This document shows, piece after piece, positions 10,328 through 18,901 of a stretch of 32,000 bases of DNA (its first letter is position 1; each line of letters starts with the position of its first letter). The position numbers and the translations under genes were made by a program. The DNA comes from an uncultured archaeon. Its GTDB lineage: Archaea > Asgardarchaeota > Thorarchaeia > Thorarchaeales > Thorarchaeaceae. The notes under the pieces were generated by a model. That model saw only the letters and a program-made list of their open reading frames with translations, had not been told where the DNA came from and searched no databases. The DNA lies in the NCBI GenBank assembly GCA_964648855.1, contig CAZYLT010000008.1, positions 81,156-113,155 on the forward strand, given 5' to 3'.

Positions 10328-11365
10328 TCAGTCAAAGGTTGTTTCAATCTCATCAAGTAAGTCTGAGTGTCTGTCGAAATACTTCCTCGCGGGCTCAAGC
10401 ATCTCAATAAGATATTCACTCACCGCCTTTTTCACATCAAGCGGGTGCAATTCTCCAGAAGTATATGCGTTTTCAAACTCGGAGACTGTTGAGAACTCAA
10501 CGTCGCCTCCAAATTTCTTTTTTCGTGGGATCACTATTTTCTCAACCCGTGGAAAAATGATATACCTGACTGTAGATGTGATGGCATTATCTTGAAGGCC
10601 TTCAGCGGGACAATAAGCCTTCTTGATTGTCGACCTTATTTCTTCTGGGCTATCGGTTACTCTAATGTGAGACAAGGCGTCACTTGCGGACATTTTTGCT
10701 CCTCCACCCCGAAGAGACGGAAGCAATGGCATGAATATGTACGCTCCCTTCTTCCCTCCCACATCTTCAAGGAGCTCTCGACCAAGCATGTAGATATTCC
10801 TTTGATCTATTCCTCCAACAGTAACATCTGCATCCAAATACTTGACATCGAGAATCTGCAGAAGTGGATATAGCAACTCAGACACCTTAGCAGTCCCTTT
10901 CATTCTCACAACTTCACTTGCTGCTCGCTTTGCTCTGGTAGTGGTTACTTTGGCTGCTATCTTATACAAGTCTTCGATGTAATCCCGCTCATGCTGATAT
11001 GACGAGCCGCGAACGAAATCGAGCTTGCTGGAGTCTTTCCCCAATACACCCCGAATGCATTCCTCATAATAGGTCGAACGAATTTCCATCAGTTCAAAGG
11101 ATGTCTTTTGGCTATCCAAATGTGCATGGTAGTCTGCCAAGAGGATTGTCCCTTTGCCACCTATGTCTGCCAGCTGAATCAGTTTATTGAGGGGAATCAG
11201 ATAAGCAAAGTGAAATGGTCCCGTTGGTGCAGTGCCATAGTAGAAGTTAAACGTCTTCCGCGAGATGACCTTTTCTATTTCTTTCTTGGTCACAACCTCT
11301 TCTGCATTTTGCACCGCAATTTCGACATCACTATTATCTGGAATTGTTTGGTCTATTCCACTCAT
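10328..11365 (-). CDS. tyrS: Tyrosine--tRNA ligase (archaeal/eukaryotic type)
   Basis: YYGTAPTGPFHFAY (HIGH-like), LLADYHAHLD, LLYPLLQILD, GGIDQR, KMSAS (KMSKS-like), IKKAYCP, LHPLDVK. Confidence 0.96.
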   Translation of the reverse strand: MSGIDQTIPDNSDVEIAVQNAEEVVTKKEIEKVISRKTFNFYYGTAPTGPFHFAYLIPLNKLIQLADIGGKGTILLADYHAHLDSQKTSFELMEIRSTYYEECIRGVLGKDSSKLDFVRGSSYQHERDYIEDLYKIAAKVTTTRAKRAASEVVRMKGTAKVSELLYPLLQILDVKYLDADVTVGGIDQRNIYMLGRELLEDVGGKKGAYIFMPLLPSLRGGGAKMSASDALSHIRVTDSPEEIRSTIKKAYCPAEGLQDNAITSTVRYIIFPRVEKIVIPRKKKFGGDVEFSTVSEFENAYTSGELHPLDVKKAVSEYLIEMLEPARKYFDRHSDLLDEIETTFD

Positions 11366-11451
11366 CTACTTCACAACTTGCTGATTGATTATATTATCTC
11401 GATTTCTGTAATGCCTTCTATCTATCTGTGTTGAATCCAACTGGATTTGTT

Positions 11452-12492
11452 TTAAGCTTGCTGGGTTTGACATTCACGCTGACGGTTTCTTCTAGTGACG
11501 AACGCCAATGAAACGAATCCAACAATGACGCTGAACCAGAGAGTGACAAAACGAACCAAGAATATAGATGCGGTTGCGACAGCTGCCAGTATCCCAAATG
11601 TGGTCAGAACCCCTCTTGCGTAGATCTCATAGCCGCCTAGGCCTCCAGGTAGAAAAACAAGAATTGCACCAACAGCTGACGCACTAGCGTGAACAAACGT
11701 TGCTTGCGCGAGAAGGAACAATGAACCTGGCGTGAGAGCGGGGAGGCCTGCTCCCGTCACTATGCTCAAAAGCAACCACAGTTCCAAGCACTCCATGAAC
11801 CATCCAGGCACACTGACTAACGTACCTAGAATCATTGGTTTAGGTGAAAGGGTTCTCACCATCGTGTCTTCTACTTGGTCAACACTGTTTTCAAAACGTT
11901 TCAACGGACCGAATGTTGTTAGTTTCTTCAGTATCTTATTGTAGAATTTGCTATTTGTCAGAACGAGGGCTCCAACTAATACTAGAGCACCAGCAAATAG
12001 AACAAGAAGTAACTGATTTCCTGAAGTCAGAATTGCTGCAAAGGATAGGACTGAGATGATCACCATGGCCAAAAGGTCGGTAACTCTCTCGGATATAACA
12101 ACTGGGACACTTTTAGCAATTGGTGAGCCATCCACCTCCCTGCAAAAATATCCCTTTATTGCCTCGCCGATTTTCCCTGGAGTAACTGTCAAGGTGAATC
12201 CAGCTAGGAAAATGCTCAAGCTATCTATGTGCGAAATATTGACATCAATCCGTCGCAGATAGTACTGCCACTTGCTGTAACGAATCAAATAGTTTAGAAA
12301 TGAAAGTCCCATCATCGTGGGGATAATCCACCACCACTCAATCCCAGCAATAGTGGCTATTACTTGGTCCCACTGATCGACAATCGCCATAATGAGATAT
12401 ATAATCATTCCAACTATGACGAAGGCAACCAAGCGTCTTGTACTGATGAACGAATCGTCTTCTTGACTAACTTTTCCTTCACCATCCATCAT
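11452..12492 (-). CDS. Flippase-like membrane protein (LPG synthase TM / UPF0104 family)
   Basis: Multi-TM protein with R..KW, TPGKIGEAIK, ERVTDL, PGGLGGYE and RFVTLWF motifs typical of the family. Overlaps the PHP gene. Confidence 0.85.
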   Translation of the reverse strand: MMDGEGKVSQEDDSFISTRRLVAFVIVGMIIYLIMAIVDQWDQVIATIAGIEWWWIIPTMMGLSFLNYLIRYSKWQYYLRRIDVNISHIDSLSIFLAGFTLTVTPGKIGEAIKGYFCREVDGSPIAKSVPVVISERVTDLLAMVIISVLSFAAILTSGNQLLLVLFAGALVLVGALVLTNSKFYNKILKKLTTFGPLKRFENSVDQVEDTMVRTLSPKPMILGTLVSVPGWFMECLELWLLLSIVTGAGLPALTPGSLFLLAQATFVHASASAVGAILVFLPGGLGGYEIYARGVLTTFGILAAVATASIFLVRFVTLWFSVIVGFVSLAFVTRRNRQRECQTQQA

Positions 12493-13162
12493 ATGCCACT
12501 CTCCTCACTCTTTGCCAGATGAATGTAGGAATATGCACAAACAAGAACGAACAGTGCCCTGTTATCTGGGTTCTTCCCCTTCTGAGCTCTCTGTAGATAT
12601 CCTCTGATGCTGAGATGTCCTGAAGCCAAGTCCTTGCATTTCCCACCTCTAGGAAGGAGTGTCCGTCGCTTCCCGCTGTCATTGGTTTCCCAAGCTTATC
12701 TGCCAGATCTTGTGCCCATGTATTGAACAGGGGTATGAAGCATCTAGAATTGATTCCCTCAACGAAGTCAACATGCTTCTCAATAATCTGCTCTGGGAGC
12801 CTCTTTTTTATTGCAGTGTGTTTACGGACTGGATCGCAGGGGTGCGGTAAGATAGTGAAACCACCTTGGTCATGTACGTTTTCTGCAATCTCAATAAAGC
12901 TCCTGTTCTCAATATGTTCTTGAGTGAAAAGACCTATGAGCTCTCCATAATCGCTGGACTTGAATTCAGCTGCAGGAAGAATGAACCTGCCATCCTTTTC
13001 GATTACTTCGAGGGTTGATGCTCTCCAATGCTCAGTGAGGGCTATGCCTCTCAGCTTGTTTTTCCTCATTAGTTTGAAGAGATCTTTCGGTCTGTTCAGC
13101 CCATCCTTTGAATGCAGGCTATGTGTATGAAAATCAAAGGCTGAGAGACGGTCGTTCATCAT
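12479..13162 (-). CDS. PHP-domain metal-dependent phosphoesterase
   Basis: DFHTHSLHSKDG, ALTEH, LPHP, VEGINSR and AGSDGH motifs. Confidence 0.9.
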   Translation of the reverse strand: MMNDRLSAFDFHTHSLHSKDGLNRPKDLFKLMRKNKLRGIALTEHWRASTLEVIEKDGRFILPAAEFKSSDYGELIGLFTQEHIENRSFIEIAENVHDQGGFTILPHPCDPVRKHTAIKKRLPEQIIEKHVDFVEGINSRCFIPLFNTWAQDLADKLGKPMTAGSDGHSFLEVGNARTWLQDISASEDIYRELRRGRTQITGHCSFLFVHIPTFIWQRVRRVAYDGW

Positions 13163-13169
13163 TCTACAC

Positions 13170-14123
13170 CTAGGGACTTACCGGGGGAAAGAGGCCTTGG
13201 ATGAATATCAAGATAGGTCTCCAAAAGAAAAGAGTGATTCCGAGAGTTGCAACGAAGAGAATTGCTCCAACTAGAATTCCCTTGTCCTTTATTGCCAAGT
13301 GCGGTTTTCTTCCTACTGGACTGCCAATTTGAATCAGATACACGTATCTTAGGACGATACCCGCAACAATCGGAACAGTAAGCATAATCGGTTGTGCATG
13401 CATTACATCCACGAAGTTACGGTAACAATAGAGGGCATAGAATAGCACCACCCAAGTTGAAGACATCACAATGGCTTGATCGAGAATTGTCTCATTGTAT
13501 TGATTGAATACATACTTATGGTCAGCAGCATCCTCGCCTAACAGTTGAAGCTCATTTTTCCGCTTACCGAAACCTAGGACTAGTGCAACAAAGAATACAC
13601 CGATTATTAACCAAGAAGTAAACTCGACGCCTATCAAGAAAGTTCCTGCTACTGCTCTTAGAACAAATCCAACTGCTATTGTAATAACATCCACTACTGC
13701 CCATTTTCTCAGGAAGTAATTATACGCCTGTGAATTGATGACATATAGGATTACTATTAGAAAGAACACGCCGTTCAAAATGTAAGAAAGTGTTAGGCTA
13801 CCAATGGCTAAGACTGCAGCCAGTGAAAGGGCTGATGTTTCCGATACCGAACCTGAAGGTAGCGGGCGGTCTTTCTTCTCAGGATGTTGTGCGTCATGTT
13901 CCATATCCTTGAAATCATTTACAATATAGCCGGCACTCGACATCGCACACAAAGCCAAGAAACCAAGAATCAGCGGCGGGTAATTGCCAAGGTTCAATAC
14001 TGCCGGGACGGTTTCCCAAGGCCACTCGTTGGGTAGCTCAACAAATATTATTGCTAAAAACACCAAGAGGTTCTTATACCACTGATGTACTCGCATGAGT
14101 TTGATATAGTCAATTGCAGCCAT
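13170..14123 (-). CDS. UbiA-superfamily decaprenyl-phosphate phosphoribosyltransferase-like protein
   Basis: MRVHQWYKNLLVF, YIVNDFKDMEHDAQHPEKKDRPLPSG, GFVLRAVAG, GFGKRKNEL: signature of the DPPR-synthase (Rv3806c-like) subfamily. Confidence 0.88.
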   Translation of the reverse strand: MAAIDYIKLMRVHQWYKNLLVFLAIIFVELPNEWPWETVPAVLNLGNYPPLILGFLALCAMSSAGYIVNDFKDMEHDAQHPEKKDRPLPSGSVSETSALSLAAVLAIGSLTLSYILNGVFFLIVILYVINSQAYNYFLRKWAVVDVITIAVGFVLRAVAGTFLIGVEFTSWLIIGVFFVALVLGFGKRKNELQLLGEDAADHKYVFNQYNETILDQAIVMSSTWVVLFYALYCYRNFVDVMHAQPIMLTVPIVAGIVLRYVYLIQIGSPVGRKPHLAIKDKGILVGAILFVATLGITLFFWRPILIFIQGLFPPVSP

Positions 14124-14134
14124 GTTTATGACCT

Positions 14135-15220
14135 CTATTCTTCTTCGTTATATGATTTCCAGAGCTCTCCCCAGTCTGTTTCCTCAAGGAACCAATTCAC
14201 CCATTTCTTTCCTTTGAGTGGTAACCAGATTCCATCATGGTATAATCCAGATAATTGGGTTGGAAGCCACATGAGCGGCGAGCGGAAGAGAAGTGTTTCC
14301 ATACCTGGAAATCTGAGAAAACCTCTATTCCATGCAATTACAGGGCTTTTCCCTGTGCTAAGATGGAAGTTGGGTAGATCCTCCCATGACTCGAAGTCAC
14401 CAACAATATCAATCTTATTAGGGTTCGATTCTCCAAGACCTAATTCATTCGCGATTTGCAATTTGCGTACCTTTCTTTGGTCAATACCCATTAATCGGGT
14501 TTGGACTGTATCTGCTGCAACCATGTCATTAGTTGCCAGTAAAACATTCCCAATTTTCGGTTCCATAGTTCTAGGACCTGCCCCATCACCAACAATGGAG
14601 CCATCCGTAAGTACGAACTCTGAGTGAGATATTGTCTTCTGGAGAAGCAGCAGGTCAACAAGAACTTCATGAATCTTAAGATGGGCAAGATGTCGATTTT
14701 TGGTAAGATACAGGCCAAACGAGTCCTTCATTGCGCCTGTCATCTCGGTGTGACCATGCGTCTTTATCGTTGGGAGGTGAATGATATTCGTGTCAAATAT
14801 CTCCTTCGGCGCAATAATCTCTCCGAATGTGTCTTCCAGAACGAGGGTCTCTCTCGGTAGCTCAACATCAACATATTCCGCCTTAGTTAGTGGCAAAAAT
14901 TTGATTTTGTGTTTCTTTATGACAGGATACCAATTATTGCCATGCATCCCCTGGTAGATATTCGTAACGACGGTTTCATTCTCTACAGCTTGGATTCTCC
15001 GGTTATCGAATCCATCAGCAATCATCTTTTGTAAGAGCCCATCGAAAATATATGGGTTTGTGGAGCACGCTGGATAGAACTTGCTCCATGAAAGATTGAG
15101 CTTGATGGTTGTCAAGACATCCTTTGACACATATTTCTCATATTCTGCCAAGTCAAGCAGTCTGGCGATATCGTCGAATACAGTTTTCGGAGATGTCTTT
15201 ACTACAGCAACCTTTGTCAT
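14135..15220 (-). CDS. DUF362 family protein
   Basis: IKLNL...STNP, IIHLPTIKTHGHTEMTGAMKDSFG, DGSIVGDGAGP, DMVAAD and ANELGLG match the DUF362 pattern. Confidence 0.82.
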   Translation of the reverse strand: MTKVAVVKTSPKTVFDDIARLLDLAEYEKYVSKDVLTTIKLNLSWSKFYPACSTNPYIFDGLLQKMIADGFDNRRIQAVENETVVTNIYQGMHGNNWYPVIKKHKIKFLPLTKAEYVDVELPRETLVLEDTFGEIIAPKEIFDTNIIHLPTIKTHGHTEMTGAMKDSFGLYLTKNRHLAHLKIHEVLVDLLLLQKTISHSEFVLTDGSIVGDGAGPRTMEPKIGNVLLATNDMVAADTVQTRLMGIDQRKVRKLQIANELGLGESNPNKIDIVGDFESWEDLPNFHLSTGKSPVIAWNRGFLRFPGMETLLFRSPLMWLPTQLSGLYHDGIWLPLKGKKWVNWFLEETDWGELWKSYNEEE

Positions 15221-15388
15221 TATTATCAGCCCGGAGTAATAATACCCTGAATGCTACCTTGTGATTTCAGACTCGGAGAATCTTGCTTCACTTAATAATA
15301 TGTCTTCGTAGCAACCATAGTACTATTCTTTTGTAGGTCTTCACTATACGCCCGTCAGTTTTGTATATGCTTGTTGCCTAAGCGGCAT

Positions 15389-16246
15389 TCACGCATCTAA
15401 TGAAATTACTTCAATTTTTCTTTCTTCATCAATTCTAAGGACTTTCGGAGTAGACTGTCCCTGGTATGATGCACTAAACACACTGAGTAATCCTCCATCG
15501 AAGTATTCCTGAAAACCCTCTCGAAAAGCTTCATGAGCTCGTACAATCATCTGTACGTTAATGGCTTGCGAGAATCTTTCGAATGCGCGTCTTCCATATG
15601 TTCTGGCTCTTGTGCTCCGCATGTTGGGTCTGAACCCAAAATCGGCCTCTTGAGGATCATTCCAGACCATCTGAAACAATATATCACTTGGAAAATTGGA
15701 ATGGTGCCGGTCTGGTTCCTGCAGTTCATCTAATGAGTTGGTCTTTTCTGGTATTCCGCCATGAACAGCGAAGATGTTGTTGGATGTCATAGCAGCCATT
15801 GGAATTGATGTGAAGACTCTGAGATAGTGATTGAATGTGTTTTGGTCAAACTGGCGACGAACCGCCATTTCAAAACCATATCTAGAGGCGATTTCTTCCG
15901 ACTCATGATTTCCTCTTAGAATGATAATTTTTTCAGGATTGAGAATATGGAGGGACAGAATTAGATTCATTGTTTCGATTTGTCTTGGACCTCTATCCAC
16001 GTAATCTCCAAGAAAAATGAAGCAGTAATCTCGGTATTTTCGTAGCATGGATTGCACTTTGAGTAGCGAATCTAGTTCGCCATGCAAGTCACCTACGAAG
16101 ATGATTTTGCTTTTTGGTGTTTTAACAACATTTGGCTTGCCATAATTGATGTCCATTACTTCTTTTGTTAGAATGTCGATTTCGTCTTTCGACACACTGA
16201 ACTCGTGACTCTCAATCTTCTCTGCAATGTTCCTTGCCGAGTTCAA
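15389..16246 (-). CDS. Ser/Thr protein phosphatase, PPP family
   Basis: GDLHG, GDYVDRG, LRGNHE, VHGG, WNDP, RAHE and SVFSASY motifs. Confidence 0.94.
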   Translation of the reverse strand: MNSARNIAEKIESHEFSVSKDEIDILTKEVMDINYGKPNVVKTPKSKIIFVGDLHGELDSLLKVQSMLRKYRDYCFIFLGDYVDRGPRQIETMNLILSLHILNPEKIIILRGNHESEEIASRYGFEMAVRRQFDQNTFNHYLRVFTSIPMAAMTSNNIFAVHGGIPEKTNSLDELQEPDRHHSNFPSDILFQMVWNDPQEADFGFRPNMRSTRARTYGRRAFERFSQAINVQMIVRAHEAFREGFQEYFDGGLLSVFSASYQGQSTPKVLRIDEERKIEVISLDA

Positions 16247-16254
16247 GCCTTGTC

Positions 16255-16749
16255 TTATTCTCCTATTTTTTCAAAAGCTATGCGGACTGCCTCTTCAGGG
16301 GTCTCCGCTCGATGAATCTTATCGCTTCTCCTATCATCAATCTTCTGACCTGCGAGCTTTTCGGCCCATCCCCCACTACTCGCAAGCGCAATCACTGGGC
16401 GGTCTGAGAACCAAGCAATTGCCATTTCGCTTAAGGTACCTGCTGACCCTGCTATGGCAATCACAGCTTCACCAGCTTTAGCAACTAGGAAATTTCGTGC
16501 ATAGCCAAGACCCGTTGGAAGGGCGATGTCAACATATTCATTGGCGTGTTCGCGATGCTCAGTTGGCAGAATCCCGAGAGTGACCCCATTTTCGGATTTT
16601 GCTCCTCTGCACACCGCCTCCATAACACCGCCCAATCCTCCACATGCAACGACACCGTTTCTCTTTGCTATCTCTTTTCCAATTATCTCTGCGTCCTTCA
16701 ATGCGGCATGACCACTCTCAGAACCGCCTATCACTGATATTACATGCAA
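16255..16749 (-). CDS. LOG/SLOG-family Rossmann-fold protein (TIGR00725-like)
   Basis: ISVIGG, CGGLGGVMEAVCRGA, GILP, TGLGYARN, GTLSEMAIA. Confidence 0.9.
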   Translation of the reverse strand: MHVISVIGGSESGHAALKDAEIIGKEIAKRNGVVACGGLGGVMEAVCRGAKSENGVTLGILPTEHREHANEYVDIALPTGLGYARNFLVAKAGEAVIAIAGSAGTLSEMAIAWFSDRPVIALASSGGWAEKLAGQKIDDRRSDKIHRAETPEEAVRIAFEKIGE

Positions 16750-16753
16750 ATTT

Positions 16754-17875
16754 CTATTCCTCCCTTCGGTCTTGGAACTTTCTGAACCAGTCTCTCAGAA
16801 TGCTGTATGCGTTCGTTGATAACGTATTCTCCTCCACCCTCTTCTTCGCAACATTTAACAAATCCGATTTCTTATTTCCTTCTTTTCTGAAATCGTCAGA
16901 TCCCCTTATTGAATATGAAGCTCCCTGCTCCCGGCGATGAAATGATGCACAACTCGAGGCATAGGTTATCTGATTCTTGACATCCAATGGGAATTCTCGT
17001 GATGAGAATGCATGAAGCTTTGACATCACGAGCAATGCCCTCTTGCCAAGTTCTCGTGATGACCACCCCTCATCAATGCCTACCACACATATCCTTGATT
17101 CACGTTTACAATCTCGCTCGCAATCACTGCAAATATTTGGTTTTAGACTAACTTCGCCGCTCACTAAGTTAATCCTGATTCTTCCTGTTTCCAAATCGAC
17201 AATGGCATTGCGCCCATTCAAATCAAATCCATTATCTTTCGCATATGCAGATAGCAACCCAAGCTCTTGTCCATTACACAAGCGAATTGAGCCAACCCTA
17301 GGTTGCGGTTCATAGGGTATAATGGCGTTTTCATCTAAGATGGAGAATCTTATTTTGCTTGGCCCTGGTTGACCTGAGACTAGGTCTTCTGCAATCTCAT
17401 CCATGATTGAGTGTATTCCCTCCACTTCTCTTACTTCGCCCATCGACAAATCCCATTTGCCAACCGTGTCCATCAAGTCACCTATCTCGGGAAATCGATG
17501 TTTCAATACGGCAATGTGAAATGAATGCAATCGCGAATTGTCAAACCAGCTCAAGATGTTCTCTAGTGCCGGAGAATTCAGGTCATCTACAATAACGATA
17601 ATCCCTCTTGTTCCGCGTGACATAGATGCATTGATTCCGAGGATTCTTTCTCCAACTGGCAAGGACCAAAGCTGCATTACAACTTCTGTCGTCTCATGAA
17701 CCCTTCTCCTAGCTACACCAAGGCCGATCCCCATGCTTGAATATAGCTGATAGGAGAGCTCTCTTCCAGAAACCTGTCTGAGAACACCTGCAAGTAAGGC
17801 GGGATTATCCCCAACAATTAGGACTTTTGCTATGAGTTTACCTGTGCATTTTGCGAATTCCTGCTGACTGCTCAC
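16754..17875 (-). CDS. Degenerate Ras/Rab-like small-GTPase-fold protein with Cys-rich C-terminal domain
   Basis: KVLIVGD...YSSMGIGL...MQLWSLPVGER...MSRGTRGIIVIVD follows Rab motif order and spacing, but lacks GKS/T and DxxG. The C-terminal part contains CSDCERDC(x6)C. Confidence 0.6.
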   Translation of the reverse strand: MSSQQEFAKCTGKLIAKVLIVGDNPALLAGVLRQVSGRELSYQLYSSMGIGLGVARRRVHETTEVVMQLWSLPVGERILGINASMSRGTRGIIVIVDDLNSPALENILSWFDNSRLHSFHIAVLKHRFPEIGDLMDTVGKWDLSMGEVREVEGIHSIMDEIAEDLVSGQPGPSKIRFSILDENAIIPYEPQPRVGSIRLCNGQELGLLSAYAKDNGFDLNGRNAIVDLETGRIRINLVSGEVSLKPNICSDCERDCKRESRICVVGIDEGWSSRELGKRALLVMSKLHAFSSREFPLDVKNQITYASSCASFHRREQGASYSIRGSDDFRKEGNKKSDLLNVAKKRVEENTLSTNAYSILRDWFRKFQDRREE

Positions 17876-17965
17876 AGGTTACATTACTACTGATTGTTAA
17901 TAATATATTGGGGTTATGAAATTGACCAGACATACAAAGGACATTCACCCTTTTTGCGTCTTTGA

Positions 17966-17984
17966 AAGAGGAAAGTTCTTAATA
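17966..17984 (+). promoter_or_regulatory. Putative BRE/TATA promoter of the small ORF
   Basis: Purine-rich AAAGAGGAAAG followed by TTCTTAAT(A), ~40 nt upstream of GTG 18022. Confidence 0.35.
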
Positions 17985-18021
17985 GGCTCGAGCAGGTAGA
18001 ACATAGCCGGGAGAGGTTTGT

Positions 18022-18159
18022 GTGAAAGGAAACAAATGGAATAAGCATATTATTCGAAAAGCAGGAGTACTGGCAAAAAACACTGACGATGACTTTCCTG
18101 AAGTGATTCCTGATTTGCCTGATTCTACAGGCAATATCGGCATAGGAGATGACAATTAG
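18022..18159 (+). CDS. Small 45-aa hypothetical protein (not in ORF track)
   Basis: GTG start preceded by GGGAGAGGT. Translates to MKGNKWNKHIIRKAGVLAKNTDDDFPEVIPDLPDSTGNIGIGDDN. Confidence 0.45.
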   Translation: MKGNKWNKHIIRKAGVLAKNTDDDFPEVIPDLPDSTGNIGIGDDN

Positions 18160-18370
18160 CTAGTTCTCATAAAGGGCTCGGCGGGTATTATCCAAAGAAT
18201 GCTGGAATACATCTGTTAGGAGAACTCTCGTTTGGAAGGCTGATGATGGCACGGGCTTGCTTCTCTACGATTAAAAAAAAGAAAACGCACATGAATTTAT
18301 CAGAGCATAGTACCAATTCTTGCGACCTGTTCAAAGGTTAATCAAGCTCTAGTGCTACTAAGACACTAGG

Positions 18371-18390
18371 GTCGAGAATAGAAACTCGAC
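18371..18390. terminator. Hairpin between two convergent small ORFs
   Basis: GTCGAG-aatagaaa-CTCGAC inverted repeat. Confidence 0.3.
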
Positions 18391-18440
18391 TCTAACTCAT
18401 GTGGGATTGTTGCCCTACAGTATCCGATCCATGTAAGTCA

Positions 18441-18599
18441 CTATGGTTGTTCTTCTTTCTCATCATGCTTTGCCACCACGAGATGAATCTTGGTGGGTTG
18501 AGGATCAGATGTCATTCTACTAACAATGGCTCCATTTCTATCGAGAGCTGGCCATTTGCTTACGGGAATTGGTGTGCTTACTATTTTCTTTTTACTCAT
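18441..18599 (-). CDS. Small 52-aa hypothetical protein (not in ORF track)
   Basis: ATG preceded by GGTGA, with AATATAT ~25-30 nt upstream. Translates to MSKKKIVSTPIPVSKWPALDRNGAIVSRMTSDPQPTKIHLVVAKHDEKEEQP. Confidence 0.5.
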   Translation of the reverse strand: MSKKKIVSTPIPVSKWPALDRNGAIVSRMTSDPQPTKIHLVVAKHDEKEEQP

Positions 18600-18901
18600 T
18601 ATTTTCACCATTTTAATCAGACAGATATATTGAGAAAAACGTAGGATTAGGCACTGCCTGATATTTCTATTGTAATTTCCTGCTCAATACTTGACAGGAA
18701 TGAACTTCATTCGTTCTCTGCCTACTTTTTCCTTAAGTTATGTGGTTATGTGTGCTTATATACATTGGGAGCTGTGTCCTTCTGATGCTAATAAAGCGAC
18801 CACTATGAAATCGGTTCTTGGCTAGAGACTTGTAATGTTTTTTCAAAAATCTTTGATAGGGAAGTTGTTTGTAAGAAACTAAAGTGGAATAGGCATGCAT
18901 G

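Noticed and set aside
14085-14627. 180-aa plus-strand ORF and the many other short overlapping ORFs in the track
   Set aside because: They overlap well-supported genes and carry no recognisable motifs.
17969-18260. GAGGAAAGTTC resembling RNase P RNA conserved region I
   Set aside because: No matching 3' P4 motif (AACA.AA....GCUUA) or GC-rich helices. Better explained as a BRE/TATA before a small ORF.
18399-18644. 81-aa plus-strand ORF
   Set aside because: Unusual composition and no RBS. The opposite-strand 52-aa ORF has better signals.
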